Positions 31,072 through 42,850 of a stretch of DNA of 64,000 nucleotides are shown here, piece after piece; the stretch's first letter is position 1, and each line of letters starts with the position of its first letter. This DNA comes from a bacterium HR37 (lineage in GTDB: Bacteria > Desulfobacterota_D > UBA1144 > Nemesobacterales > CSP1-2), in NCBI GenBank assembly GCA_002898375.1, contig BEIN01000015.1, forward strand, positions 4,414-68,413. Direction: 5' to 3'. The notes under the pieces were generated by a model that did no database searches, was not told the origin of the DNA, and saw only the letters and a list, made by a program, of their open reading frames with translations. Both the position numbers and the translations under genes were made by a program.

Positions 31072-31616
31072 GGTGATATTAAACCCATTTTGTTTCCTTT
31101 TCTTTTATAAAGAACGTTTATCTCACCAGTTTCACTGTTTCTAAAGGTGAGAAAGTTTGCATCAGATACTCTTAGCTGTAGTATTGCTTCTTCTACAGAC
31201 ATAGGCTTTGCAGTTACCCTCTCAACAATAACATCGTCTGATTCTTCAACATGTGTTGAGTCGGTTGTTTCGGAACCTTTAGCGGCAATTTCCTCTTTTT
31301 GTTTCTTTCTTTTTGTTTTTATTCTTTTTTCCGTCTGCTTTTTTAGTTGTTTTATTATCCCATCAATTGCTCTATCTATGGCCGTATGCATATCCTCGGA
31401 TTCAGATGAAGACATGGCTTTAAATGTTCCACTGTTTATTATTATCTCAGCTGTGTTTCTAAATTTCTCAACTCCAAGAACTATCTTTGTTTCGGAGAAG
31501 CTTCCTTTCGATTCTATGTATCTTTCCAGTTTCTTGAGTTTTTTTAGTACATATTTCTTTAGGTTTTCAACTTTTTGAGGATCATCTATGTGTCTTGTTG
31601 TTACAGTAACTTGCAT
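31068..31616 (-). CDS. hpf: Ribosome hibernation promoting factor (long HPF / RaiA)
   Basis: S30AE N-domain (DMHTAID), C-terminal KPMSVEEAILQL...FRNSETGEINVLYKRK; follows rpoN. Confidence 0.92.
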   Translation of the reverse strand: MQVTVTTRHIDDPQKVENLKKYVLKKLKKLERYIESKGSFSETKIVLGVEKFRNTAEIIINSGTFKAMSSSESEDMHTAIDRAIDGIIKQLKKQTEKRIKTKRKKQKEEIAAKGSETTDSTHVEESDDVIVERVTAKPMSVEEAILQLRVSDANFLTFRNSETGEINVLYKRKGNKMGLISP

Positions 31617-31618
31617 CT

Positions 31619-33112
31619 CTATCTACCTCTTTTTGCCCTCTCTGAGGAAGAGGGTATTTTAAGGATTTTTCTATACTTTGCAATGGTTCTGCGAGCGATT
31701 TTTATATTTCTTTTCTCAAGTATCTTGGATATATCTTCATCGGAATAGGGTCTTTCTGGAGGCTCATTTGAAATTATGTCCTTTATAAGTGCCTTTACCC
31801 GCTCAAACGATACCTCTTTTCCATTTGACGTTCCTATCTTCCTTGAGAAAAAGGCCTTAAGCTCAACAGTACCAATCGGTGTTTGTATGTACCTTCTGCT
31901 TGTTATTCTGCTTACCGTCGATTCGTGTACACCAACTGCCTGGGCTATGTCTTTAAGCCTAAGGGGTTTTATGTATTCCTTCCCATATTCGAAAAAGTCT
32001 CTCTGAAACTCTACTATCTTTGTTATGATTTTCCTTACCGTTGCATTTCTTTCCTCAAGGCACTTTATTATGCGTTGTGCTGCTTCTAGTTTTTCCTTTA
32101 TGTACTTTTTAGCCTCTGGAGAGAGATCATCCCCTTTATTTATCAGGTTTCTATAGTAGTTACTTATCCTTAACCTGGGCAGGTCACGGCTTACCTGCAC
32201 CTGTAGTTCATCGTTGACCTTATAGACGTAGAAGTCTGGAACTACGTTTTTTTGTATATCCTTCATGTAAAATGGTCTTCCAGGTTTTGGCTCAAGAGAA
32301 GAGATAACAGAAACGGCTTCTTCTACCTTATCCGATGAGATCTCAAGAGCTTGTGCCACAGTATCGTAATCTCTTCTGGCTATATCCTCCAAGTGGTTGT
32401 CTATGATCTTTACCACTATGCTATCCTCATCGTAACCGAGGTCTTGTGCCTGTATCTTCAAACACTCTCTAAGGTTCCTTGCTCCTACTCCCGTTGGATC
32501 AAAGGAAAATTGAATTGTTTTTAAAACACTTTCAACACGTTCAATGTAGCTTTTGTCAGATTCTACAAGGTTTCTGTAAAACTGCTTTGATTCCTCCTCC
32601 AGCAGGTCTTTTGATTCCTTGCTCAAAGAGTGTTTCCATTTTGCAAACTCAATGGCTATATCCGTAAGCTCCGATTCAAGGTATCCATCGTCATTTATGT
32701 TGCCAATAATTAGCGATGCTATCTTTTTGTCTTCGGTTGAGAAGTCTGAAAGGCTAAGTTGCCAGTTAAGATAGTCTATGAGGGATTGAGGTGAACTCAC
32801 CCTGTTTTCCCAAGGGGTTTCCTCTTCAGGTTCCTCAAAGAATTCCCTTATGTATGGGAGTTCGTTTTCTTCTCTTATCTTTAGCTCTTCCGGAATAAAA
32901 GGCTCTTCTTGCAGGGGTTCCAGAGGTTCTTCTTTGCCTCTCTCTTCTGCAACCTCAAGTACAGGGTTTTCTACTAGCTGTTGCTCTATGTATTCTTTTA
33001 GCTCAAGCGTTGTCATCTGGATTAGTTTTAAAAAGAGCTGTAGCTCCTGGGTTAGAATAAGACGCTGCTGCTGAACCAACTTCGGGGTTGCTTTTATCTC
33101 AACAGAGCTCAT
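31619..33112 (-). CDS. rpoN: RNA polymerase sigma-54 factor
   Basis: Q/L-rich region I, ENPVLE, DPTGVGARNLRECL, HESTVSR, RpoN box ARRTIAKYR. Confidence 0.96.
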   Translation of the reverse strand: MSSVEIKATPKLVQQQRLILTQELQLFLKLIQMTTLELKEYIEQQLVENPVLEVAEERGKEEPLEPLQEEPFIPEELKIREENELPYIREFFEEPEEETPWENRVSSPQSLIDYLNWQLSLSDFSTEDKKIASLIIGNINDDGYLESELTDIAIEFAKWKHSLSKESKDLLEEESKQFYRNLVESDKSYIERVESVLKTIQFSFDPTGVGARNLRECLKIQAQDLGYDEDSIVVKIIDNHLEDIARRDYDTVAQALEISSDKVEEAVSVISSLEPKPGRPFYMKDIQKNVVPDFYVYKVNDELQVQVSRDLPRLRISNYYRNLINKGDDLSPEAKKYIKEKLEAAQRIIKCLEERNATVRKIITKIVEFQRDFFEYGKEYIKPLRLKDIAQAVGVHESTVSRITSRRYIQTPIGTVELKAFFSRKIGTSNGKEVSFERVKALIKDIISNEPPERPYSDEDISKILEKRNIKIARRTIAKYRKILKIPSSSERAKRGR

Positions 33113-33268
33113 GATAAGAATCTTCCCATTGAAAGCCTAAATAAAATATTAAATCCCTCATGTTCAAATTTCTAGAACTATCTAGGACTTTTCACCCTAA
33201 CGTAAACCAGTTATTATTAATAATACCAGTTTATAAAAAATATTAAAAGTTAATAGGGACTAAAGAGC

Positions 33269-33493
33269 ATGGAGATTCAACCTCTGGGAAAGGTTCTTGT
33301 GTTTTTGGGACTGTTTCTCGTCGTAATAGGACTTCTAATAATTTTGGCTCCAAAGATCCCCTATATTGGAAGGTTACCCGGGGATATATATATAAAGAGG
33401 GATAACTTTACCTTCTATTTTCCCCTTGCCTCATCCATACTGATAAGCATAATCCTTACCATAATCCTTAATATTTTGCTATTAAAGAAGTAA
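33269..33493 (+). CDS. DUF2905-family small membrane protein
   Basis: GRLPGDIYIKRDNFTFYFPLASSILIS signature. Confidence 0.9.
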   Translation: MEIQPLGKVLVFLGLFLVVIGLLIILAPKIPYIGRLPGDIYIKRDNFTFYFPLASSILISIILTIILNILLLKK

Positions 33494-33512
33494 ACCCTTG
33501 CTTTGGTTCTTT

Positions 33513-34106
33513 CTAGGCCAATCCCATCTTCTTCTCATAGGCGCTTATTTTATCTTCGAGCTGTAGTGTAAGAGCGATATCATCTAGTCCTTCAAGTAAG
33601 CACTTTTTCCTAAATGGGTCTATTTCGAAGTGAATAATCAGACCTTCTTCATCTTTAAGAGTTTGAGACTCTAGGTCAACTGTAAGTTTGTATCCCTCTT
33701 TGGCTAAGACCCTTTTAAATAGCTCATCCACCGTTTCATCTAGAAGCACTATTGGAAGCATCCCATTTTTGAAACAGTTATTAAAGAATATGTCCGCAAA
33801 TGAAGGTGCTATTATTACCTTGAACCCATAGTCTTTAAGCGCCCAGGGAGCATGTTCCCTCGAGCTTCCACATCCAAAGTTGCTTCTTGTAAGCAGTATT
33901 GAAGCTCCTTCATAACGTTTCTGGTTTAGGACGAAATCTGGATTTGGCTTGCCATCTTCAGTATACCGCCAATCATAGAATAAAAATCTGCCAAATCCTG
34001 TTCTCTCAATTCGTTTTAAGAACTGTTTGGGGATTATTTGATCGGTATCAACATTTACCCTATCCAGAGGGGCTACAATACCTGTAAAGGTTTTAAAAGG
34101 TTCCAT
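33513..34106 (-). CDS. leuD: 3-isopropylmalate dehydratase small subunit
   Basis: [38 protein letters not shown]. Start at ATG 34106 after GAGGT SD. Confidence 0.96.
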   Translation of the reverse strand: MEPFKTFTGIVAPLDRVNVDTDQIIPKQFLKRIERTGFGRFLFYDWRYTEDGKPNPDFVLNQKRYEGASILLTRSNFGCGSSREHAPWALKDYGFKVIIAPSFADIFFNNCFKNGMLPIVLLDETVDELFKRVLAKEGYKLTVDLESQTLKDEEGLIIHFEIDPFRKKCLLEGLDDIALTLQLEDKISAYEKKMGLA

Positions 34107-34119
34107 TAGAGCTACCTCT

Positions 34120-35535
34120 CTATATATCTTTTTCCAGATCCCATTCACGTACATCAACAAAATGGCCCTCTATGGCTGCTGCCGCTGCCATAATGGGGCT
34201 TACAAGATGGGTTCTTCCACCTTTCCCCTGACGGCCTTCGAAGTTTCTGTTCGATGTGCTTGCACATCTTTCTCCAGGAGCAAGGATATCCGGATTCATT
34301 CCCAAACACATGCTGCAACCGGATTCTCGCCATTCGAAACCCGCTTCTTTAAAAATCTTGTCAAGACCAAGCTCCTCAGCCTTTCGTTTCACCTGTTGGG
34401 AACCTGGTACAACCATTGCCCTTACATTCTTGGCGACTTTTTTCCCTTTTACTACCCTTGCAGCAGCTATAAGGTCTTCAAGCCTTGAGTTTGTACATGA
34501 ACCAATAAAGACCCGGTCTATCCTGATATCCTGTATTCTGGTTCCAGGTTCAAGCCCCATGTACTTTAAGGCCTGCCATGCGGCTTTTCTGGCATTGGGA
34601 TCTTCAAACGAATCGGGATCAGGAACGTAACCCGTTACATCCGTAACCATACCAGGACTTGTTCCCCAGGTTACCTGAGGGGCCATTTTTGAGGCATCAA
34701 GCTCAACTCTTTTATCGAATACTGCCCCCTCATCCGTTTTTAACTCTCTCCAGATTTCTACAGCTTTCTCAAAATCCTTTCCTTTGGGAACATATTTTCT
34801 TCCTTCAAGGTACCTAAAAGTTTTTTCATCTGGGGCAATCATGCCGGCACGTGCACCTGCCTCTATGGACATATTACATATAGTCATTCTCTCTTCCATA
34901 GAGAGGTCTTCTATGGCTTCTCCTCTGTACTCAATCACTGTCCCTGTTGCTCCAGCAGTTCCTATGTAACCTATTATGCTAAGTATTATGTCCTTTGCTG
35001 TTACTCCTCGTGCCCTTTTTCCTCTTACATATACCTCAAACACTTTAGGGCGGGTTTGCCATAAGCACTGGGTAGCAAGTACGTGTTCTACTTCGCTTGT
35101 ACCGATACCGAAGGCAAGTGCTCCAAAAGCGCCGTGCGTTGATGTGTGGCTGTCTCCACAGACTATTGTCATACCGGGTTTTGTAAGACCAAGTTCCGGA
35201 CCTATTACATGGACTATACCCTGATAAGGACTAGTAAGGTCAAAGAGTGTAATACCAAACTCCTTGCAGTTTCTCCTGAGTGTCTCTATTTGCTTTGCAG
35301 AAATTGGATCTTCTATGGGCAGTGATCTATCAGTTGTTGGAACGTTGTGATCCATGGTTGCAAAGGTAAGATCAGGCCTTCTCACCTTGCGTCCGGAAAG
35401 ACGAAGTCCTTCAAAAGCTTGTGGGGAGGTAACTTCATGAATTAGGTGAAGATCTATGTAGAGAAGGGTGGGTTTTCCAGGCTCTTCGTATACCACATGC
35501 CTTTCCCAGATTTTATCAAACAGTGTCTTAGCCAT
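34120..35535 (-). CDS. leuC: 3-isopropylmalate dehydratase large subunit
   Basis: [50 protein letters not shown]. Start at ATG 35535. Confidence 0.97.
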   Translation of the reverse strand: MAKTLFDKIWERHVVYEEPGKPTLLYIDLHLIHEVTSPQAFEGLRLSGRKVRRPDLTFATMDHNVPTTDRSLPIEDPISAKQIETLRRNCKEFGITLFDLTSPYQGIVHVIGPELGLTKPGMTIVCGDSHTSTHGAFGALAFGIGTSEVEHVLATQCLWQTRPKVFEVYVRGKRARGVTAKDIILSIIGYIGTAGATGTVIEYRGEAIEDLSMEERMTICNMSIEAGARAGMIAPDEKTFRYLEGRKYVPKGKDFEKAVEIWRELKTDEGAVFDKRVELDASKMAPQVTWGTSPGMVTDVTGYVPDPDSFEDPNARKAAWQALKYMGLEPGTRIQDIRIDRVFIGSCTNSRLEDLIAAARVVKGKKVAKNVRAMVVPGSQQVKRKAEELGLDKIFKEAGFEWRESGCSMCLGMNPDILAPGERCASTSNRNFEGRQGKGGRTHLVSPIMAAAAAIEGHFVDVREWDLEKDI

Positions 35536-35607
35536 TTTGCATCCCAACTTTTTTGCCTACTATTATACATGAAGATAATGTCATTACATAGTGAATGCAA
35601 GTTTAGG

Positions 35608-36903
<1,296 letters not shown>

Positions 36904-36981
36904 TTAGGGTGTGGTGATGAGAAACTACCATAAGAGAGAATTTGTATCAAATCTATTTTAGATATACACTAAGTTAGAGCT

Positions 36982-37827
36982 ATGAATGTCTTGGAAGCTA
37001 GAAGGCTTTTTATAGAAGCTGTAAGCAAGAAGAGAGAGGAAGAAATTGAGCTTGCAAGAGCTTCACTTCTTTTTGCTAAGGAGCTCGAATATCCGGAATT
37101 GGATATAGGGAGATATATGGATACAATTTGCTCAATGGCAGAAGAGGTTAGAAGGTATTTAGGAGGAAGTTCTGATCCTGAGCTGGTAGTAGAGAAGATA
37201 AGTAGGTACCTTTTTTTTGAAAAGGGGTTTAAAGGAAATACCAAGGATTATTATAATCCCAAAAACAGCTTTCTAAACGATGTTTTGGATAGAAAACTTG
37301 GTATTCCAATAACGCTTTCTATACTGTATATGGAGATTGCAAATAGGGTTGGTTTAGCTGCGTCAGGTGTTGGTTTTCCGGGTCACTTTCTTGTAAAGTG
37401 TAAGGGGAAGCAGGGTAAGGATATACTCGTTGATCCTTTTAATGAAGGGAGGGTAATCTCGGAAAGGGATTGTCAAACCCTACTTAACAGAATTTACCGA
37501 GGACGGCTCCGGTTTAAAAGGGAGTTTTTAGCCTCTGCTACAAAGAAACAGATTTTAGCTAGGATGCTGCGTAATTTAAAACTCGGTTATATAAACTCAA
37601 GGAATTATAAGAAAGCCCTTCCGGTAATTGACCTTATACTTATTGTAGATCCCATAGCTGTAGATGAGCTACGGGATAGGGGACTGATTTACTACGCACT
37701 TGAGTGTTTCTCTCACGCTTTATCTGATCTTGAAACATATATTAGCCTTTTCCCCAATGCAAGTGATAGAGATTTAATTAACCACTGTATCAAAAACCTT
37801 AAACGTCTGGTAGAGAAGATTAACTAG
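36982..37827 (+). CDS. SirB1-like transglutaminase-core/TPR protein
   Basis: GFKGNTKDYYNPKNSFLNDVLDRKLGIPITLS, GVGFPGHFL, ELRDRGL. Confidence 0.9.
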   Translation: MNVLEARRLFIEAVSKKREEEIELARASLLFAKELEYPELDIGRYMDTICSMAEEVRRYLGGSSDPELVVEKISRYLFFEKGFKGNTKDYYNPKNSFLNDVLDRKLGIPITLSILYMEIANRVGLAASGVGFPGHFLVKCKGKQGKDILVDPFNEGRVISERDCQTLLNRIYRGRLRFKREFLASATKKQILARMLRNLKLGYINSRNYKKALPVIDLILIVDPIAVDELRDRGLIYYALECFSHALSDLETYISLFPNASDRDLINHCIKNLKRLVEKIN

Positions 37828-37921
37828 CCTATAGGGCTTTTTCTATTATTGGAATCGAATTTAAATTTCGGTAAAATCTTCAATCTAAGTTTAAGCTTCT
37901 AAGGGAGAAGGTTTTTTAGAT

Positions 37922-39748
37922 ATGTACAAAAAAGTATTTCTTCAGGGGTTATATCTGTTTCTGTTCTTTTTGCTTGCCTGTAGCGTGGGAGACGATAAAA
38001 GCCCATCTATGATTACGGATTTGAGGTTTGAGCCTCAAACCAGATTGCTTAAGTGGACTGCACCGGGTGACGATGGAAATTCTGGAACCGCAACCATATA
38101 TGACATTAGATTCTTTCAGGATACGGAAATTGCTCAGGAATTGGGGGTGTCTTCTATAGATGAGTTAACCTCTTCTCAGATAGAGGAGTTTGTGCGTGGG
38201 AACTTCTCAGAAGCAACTCAGGTACTTGGTGAACCACCACCTGAGAGTGCTGGTAGTGCTGAGAGTTTTATGGTTCCCAGACTGGATATAGCAGGGGAGA
38301 AGGTTTTTTTCTTTGCTATTGAAACACGCGATGAAGTGGGTAACAGCTCGGATCCTTCAAATGTGGTTGCTGGTGGAGCCCCTTTGGTTTTTGCTCAGTT
38401 TGAGAGTAGTGTCTCTGGTAGCTGTTTTGGGGAATCTATAGGAAGTGGTGATTTTAACGGTGATGGTATAATGGACATTGTGGTTGGTGATCCCTGCTTG
38501 GGAAGGGTTTACCTTTTTTTCGGTGGTAAGTCCTTTCTGGATAAGATTGCTGGGAAGGGAAGTTTTCTTGAGGTGGCTTCTTCAGATACTGCTGATGTAA
38601 CTATAATCGGAGAGCCTTCCGAGATGTTCGGTTTCTCTGTATCGGGGATTGACAGTTTTGAAGGGGACAGGTCAGATGAGCTGGTTATAGGGGCTCCGGG
38701 GTATGATGGTGGTAGGGGAAGGGTGTTTGTTCTGGCAGGTAGAACCAATGGCTGGCCATCAGTTATAGATCTTACAGGAGAGGCTATTCCTACACATGTA
38801 ATATTAGGGGAGAGTCCAGGTGATAACTTTGGCTTCTCTATAACCGATGGAACCGGTGTTATAGGGGGAGCAGAGGTTATCCTTGTAGGAGCACCGGGAG
38901 CAGATTCCCAAAAGGGTAGGGTTTATTTATTTCGTGCTGACGATTTAGATGAGGGCAGTAATTTGGCCTCTGGTGCCAGGGCTATAATACTTGGTAAAAG
39001 CTCAGGCGATGGGTTTGGGTTCTCTATGGATCAAATAGGTAGGATAGACGATGATACCCTTGCTGAGTTTGCAGTTGGTGTTCCGGAAAGGGGAGAGGTT
39101 TATATTATTTTTGGGAGTGAGGATCTTGAGGGAGTAAAAGACCTCTCTGTTGATGATTCCGATACGGTTTTAATTGAGGGGAGTAAAGAAGATGGCTTTG
39201 GCTTTTCTGTTTCAGGAGGAGAAGACCTAGATGACGTTGATGTAGAGAATGAAGATGGAACGGAAAGGCCTGATCTTCTTGTTGGTGCTCCTTTTTCTGA
39301 CATGGGTAGAGGTTCTGTTTTTCTTTATTCTGGGATTGATTTATCATCTGCAAGGGAATCTGGTATAAGCAGTCCTCCTTTTAAATCACAGTTTATAGGG
39401 TTAAACCCAGGTGATAATTTTGGGACATCGGTTACGGTTACAGGTGATCTTAACCCTAATCTGGATAGAGAGGAGAAAACAGAGGGCTTTATACTCTCTC
39501 TTAATCCAACCAATTCGGATTTTGTGGTTGGAGCACCGGGTATATCTAGGGTTTATGTGTTCTTTGGGCGCCCTGATTTCCCTAACTCTGTAAGCTCAGG
39601 CGAGGCAGATCTGATTTTACCCCTAGCTCAGGATGACCTACCTGGGGAGGGATTCGGAGAGCAGGTATTTAGCCTTGGTGATATAACGGGTGATAATATA
39701 TGGGATATTGCGATTGGAGGGGTTGGTTTTATTAGAGTTGAGTTTTAA
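37922..39748 (+). CDS. Lipoprotein with FN3-like domain and seven FG-GAP (integrin-alpha-like) repeats
   Basis: Lipobox LLAC (Cys20); LKWTAPGDDG...YDIR...FFAIETRDEVGNSS; seven FG..(D)xxxG(A)P blades. Confidence 0.85.
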   Translation: MYKKVFLQGLYLFLFFLLACSVGDDKSPSMITDLRFEPQTRLLKWTAPGDDGNSGTATIYDIRFFQDTEIAQELGVSSIDELTSSQIEEFVRGNFSEATQVLGEPPPESAGSAESFMVPRLDIAGEKVFFFAIETRDEVGNSSDPSNVVAGGAPLVFAQFESSVSGSCFGESIGSGDFNGDGIMDIVVGDPCLGRVYLFFGGKSFLDKIAGKGSFLEVASSDTADVTIIGEPSEMFGFSVSGIDSFEGDRSDELVIGAPGYDGGRGRVFVLAGRTNGWPSVIDLTGEAIPTHVILGESPGDNFGFSITDGTGVIGGAEVILVGAPGADSQKGRVYLFRADDLDEGSNLASGARAIILGKSSGDGFGFSMDQIGRIDDDTLAEFAVGVPERGEVYIIFGSEDLEGVKDLSVDDSDTVLIEGSKEDGFGFSVSGGEDLDDVDVENEDGTERPDLLVGAPFSDMGRGSVFLYSGIDLSSARESGISSPPFKSQFIGLNPGDNFGTSVTVTGDLNPNLDREEKTEGFILSLNPTNSDFVVGAPGISRVYVFFGRPDFPNSVSSGEADLILPLAQDDLPGEGFGEQVFSLGDITGDNIWDIAIGGVGFIRVEF

Positions 39749-39761
39749 GATCCAACTTTCC

Positions 39762-40970
39762 TTACTCGTATCTTAGAGCATCTATGGGATTTAACTTAGA
39801 TGCCTTTCTTGCCGGATAGAGGCCAAAGAAGATTCCAATAGCTGCTGCAAAGCAGAATGAGATCAGTATTGATAAAGGTGAGATAAAAACGGGCCAGTTG
39901 GTTAGAAGGGAGGAGAGTTTTGATCCAATAACCCCTACCATTATTCCCAATACCCCTCCTGCTATTGAAAGCAAAACCGCCTCTATCAGGAATTGAAGTA
40001 GTATATCCTTTTCTTTTGCCCCAACGGCCATACGTATTCCTATCTCCTTTGTTCTCTCGGTTACGGAGACAAGCATTATGTTCATTATACCAATTCCCCC
40101 TACTATAAGTGAGATTGACGCTATGCTTCCAAGAAGTATTGTCATTATCTTTGATATCGTAAGTATTCTTTCTATGATGTTAAGCTGTGTTTTTATGTAA
40201 AAACCATCTTCCCTGCTGGAGTTAAGTGCGTGACGTTCGCGAAGAAGTTTGGTTATTTGAACCTCAGCAAAGGGTATATCCTCAGGTGTTCTTACAGAAA
40301 CTGATATGTTCTCCACATACTCTATTCCCATTATCCTCTTCTGGAGTGTTGTGTAAGGAACCAAAACTATATCGTCTTGGTCTTTACCACCGGGGGTCTG
40401 CCCCAGGGAGCTCATAACTCCTATGACCCGGAAGGATATATCTTCTATTCTTACCGTTTTTCCTATTGGATTTTGGTAACCAAAAATTCTAGAAGCAACT
40501 GTTTTTCCAAGTACACATACCCTTTCTGCATTCTTTATATCCTCTTCTGTAAAGTAGTTTCCCCTTTCAGGGAACCAGTCATTTATAAAAACAAAATCTG
40601 GTGAGGTCCCTACTATAGCTGTAAACCAGCTCCTGTTGCTCCAGACAACATATCCAGTGGTGTCCAGTATGGGAGATACATGCGTAACCGTATTTAGTTT
40701 CTTTATAGCCTCAGCATCGCCCTCTGTAAGTTTTATTGTTTCTGTGCTTGTTACACCGCTTCCAGTTCTTTTTCCAGGATTTATTATGAGGGACTTTCCA
40801 CCAAGGTTTGTTAGCTGTTGTTCTATAAGCTCCTTTGCTCCCTGGGTAATGGCCACCATCGTGATTACAGCAGCTATGCCAATTATGATTCCAAGTGTGG
40901 TTAGGATGGAGCGAACCCTGTTTTTCTTTAGAGCCCTGTATGAGATTCTAATTGCTACCCATATATTCAT
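39762..40970 (-). CDS. MacB-like ABC transporter permease
   Basis: RSILTTLGIIIG, GGIGIMNIMLVSVTERTKEIGIRMAVGA, YPARKASKLNPIDALRYE. Confidence 0.95.
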   Translation of the reverse strand: MNIWVAIRISYRALKKNRVRSILTTLGIIIGIAAVITMVAITQGAKELIEQQLTNLGGKSLIINPGKRTGSGVTSTETIKLTEGDAEAIKKLNTVTHVSPILDTTGYVVWSNRSWFTAIVGTSPDFVFINDWFPERGNYFTEEDIKNAERVCVLGKTVASRIFGYQNPIGKTVRIEDISFRVIGVMSSLGQTPGGKDQDDIVLVPYTTLQKRIMGIEYVENISVSVRTPEDIPFAEVQITKLLRERHALNSSREDGFYIKTQLNIIERILTISKIMTILLGSIASISLIVGGIGIMNIMLVSVTERTKEIGIRMAVGAKEKDILLQFLIEAVLLSIAGGVLGIMVGVIGSKLSSLLTNWPVFISPLSILISFCFAAAIGIFFGLYPARKASKLNPIDALRYE

Positions 40971-40982
40971 TGTCTTATCTAA

Positions 40983-41684
40983 CTACAAGTTGATTGCTTG
41001 TTCGATTCTTTCCTCGCCTATGGCTTTTCCGTCTCTAAACAAGATAATCCTTTCGGCATAGGCTGCAATTTCCTTTTCATGGGTTATCATAACTATCGTA
41101 ATCCCTTTTTTGTTTAGGTTTTTAAATATCTCCATTATCTCAATACTGGTTGTTGTATCAAGGTTTCCTGTGGGTTCATCAGCCAGTATAACCTGTGGTT
41201 CGTTTACAATTGCTCTTGCTATTGCAACTCTCTGCTGTTGTCCACCAGAGAGCTGGGATGGAAAGTGGTGTTCTCTGCCCTCCAGTCCTAACATAGCAAG
41301 GGCATCCATTGCGAGTTTCATTCTCCTTTTCGTTGGTATACCACTGTAAATAAGTGGTATCTCAACATTCTCAAGTGCTGTTGCTCTTGGAAGAAGATTA
41401 AAATTTTGAAAAACAAAGCCAATTTTTTTGTTTCTTATCTCTGCAAGCTGATCACTGCTAAGGGTAGAAGCTTCTATTCCTTCAAGCAGATACCTTCCAC
41501 TTGTTGGTTTATCCAGACACCCAATTATGTTCATGAATGTGCTTTTCCCAGAGCCTGAAGGACCCATTACGGATACAAATTCCCCTTTTTTTATGGTTAT
41601 TGAAACACCCCTTAGGGCATGGACATCAACATCACCCATCCTGTAAACCTTGTGTATGTTCTCTGTAACGATTATGTCGTTCAT
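40983..41684 (-). CDS. ABC transporter ATP-binding protein (MacB/LolD type)
   Basis: [34 protein letters not shown]. Confidence 0.96.
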   Translation of the reverse strand: MNDIIVTENIHKVYRMGDVDVHALRGVSITIKKGEFVSVMGPSGSGKSTFMNIIGCLDKPTSGRYLLEGIEASTLSSDQLAEIRNKKIGFVFQNFNLLPRATALENVEIPLIYSGIPTKRRMKLAMDALAMLGLEGREHHFPSQLSGGQQQRVAIARAIVNEPQVILADEPTGNLDTTTSIEIMEIFKNLNKKGITIVMITHEKEIAAYAERIILFRDGKAIGEERIEQAINL

Positions 41685-41686
41685 AC

Positions 41687-42850
41687 TTAGAACCTTTTTA
41701 TCTGGGGTAAGGGCCCAATGGGGTTGTTCCCCCTGCCGTTCTTCTCGACCAATGCTTCTACAATTACACTGTCCCCTTCTTTTAGAGTACTATCCAGAAG
41801 CTCTGTGTAGTTTTCATCGCTTATGCCCGTTTTTACAGGGATTGCTTTAATCTGCATGTCTTTTAGTGGTATCCATATAAGTGAAAGATTTTTTGCGTTT
41901 TCAGGGTGGCTGTCTCCAGATATCCTTGCAGACGGGGGAGGGATAAATCTAAGGGCTGCTCTTGGAACTCGAAGTACATTTTCTCTATGTGCTACAAATA
42001 TCTTTACCTCAGCTGTCATTCCAGGTTTCAGTTTAAGTTCCCTGTTGTCAACAAGTATAACAACATCGTAGGTTACAACGTTGTTTATTTTTATGGGCTC
42101 GTTTTTTATCTGCCTTACCTCACCCGTAAACGGTTGGTCTGGGTAGGCATCTACAGTAAAGACCGCTTTATTCCCTTCTTTTATCTTTCCTATATCTGCT
42201 TCGTTTACGTGTGCATCAAGCCTCATCTTTGTCAGGTTCTCTGCTATTACAAAGAGAGGATATGAATTTGAGGTGGGAGAAACCATCTGTCCTACGTTAA
42301 CCTTTTTAGAGATAACTATCCCATCTATTGGTGATCGTATTGTTGTGTTCTCTAGATTCTCTTTTGCTATCTCAAGCTCTGCTTTTGCCTGTTCAAAGGT
42401 TGCTAAAGCGTTAGAGTATCTAAGTTTTGAATCATCGTATTCCTGTTTGGAAATCAGTCTCTTTGCATATAGTTCTTTGTTTGCCTTCATTATCGTTTTT
42501 GCTATGTTTAAATCAGCCCTTGCTTTCTCTAAGTTTGCCTGTGCTTGTGCAAGTCTTGCCTTAAAGGGAGTGGGCTCTATCTGTATAAGAGCATCTCCCT
42601 TTTTTACGGTTGAATTAAAATCAACGTATATTTCCTTTACAACCCCTGATACCAAAGTTCCCACTTCTACGGTGTTAACTGGATTTAGGGTTCCAGTTGC
42701 TACGATGAAAGAAGATATATCTCCTCTGTCGACTTTTGCGGTTATATACTTTATGGATACTTCATTTCTTGTAACCATCCTGAACAAGGTAAAGGTAGCT
42801 GCAATGACAATAACGATTCCAATTACTATCCATTTATTTGATATCTTCAT
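41687..42850 (-). CDS. Periplasmic adaptor (MacA/HlyD-like membrane fusion protein)
   Basis: ATGTLNPVNTVEVGT, IRSPIDGIV, VNEADIG, LKPGMTA. Confidence 0.93.
   Translation of the reverse strand: MKISNKWIVIGIVIVIAATFTLFRMVTRNEVSIKYITAKVDRGDISSFIVATGTLNPVNTVEVGTLVSGVVKEIYVDFNSTVKKGDALIQIEPTPFKARLAQAQANLEKARADLNIAKTIMKANKELYAKRLISKQEYDDSKLRYSNALATFEQAKAELEIAKENLENTTIRSPIDGIVISKKVNVGQMVSPTSNSYPLFVIAENLTKMRLDAHVNEADIGKIKEGNKAVFTVDAYPDQPFTGEVRQIKNEPIKINNVVTYDVVILVDNRELKLKPGMTAEVKIFVAHRENVLRVPRAALRFIPPPSARISGDSHPENAKNLSLIWIPLKDMQIKAIPVKTGISDENYTELLDSTLKEGDSVIVEALVEKNGRGNNPIGPLPQIKRF

Noticed and set aside
33205..33232. TATTATTAATAATA palindrome flanked by ACCAGTT direct repeats between rpoN and DUF2905
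   Set aside because: All-AT palindrome in an AT-rich divergent promoter region; cannot be told from chance without comparative data.
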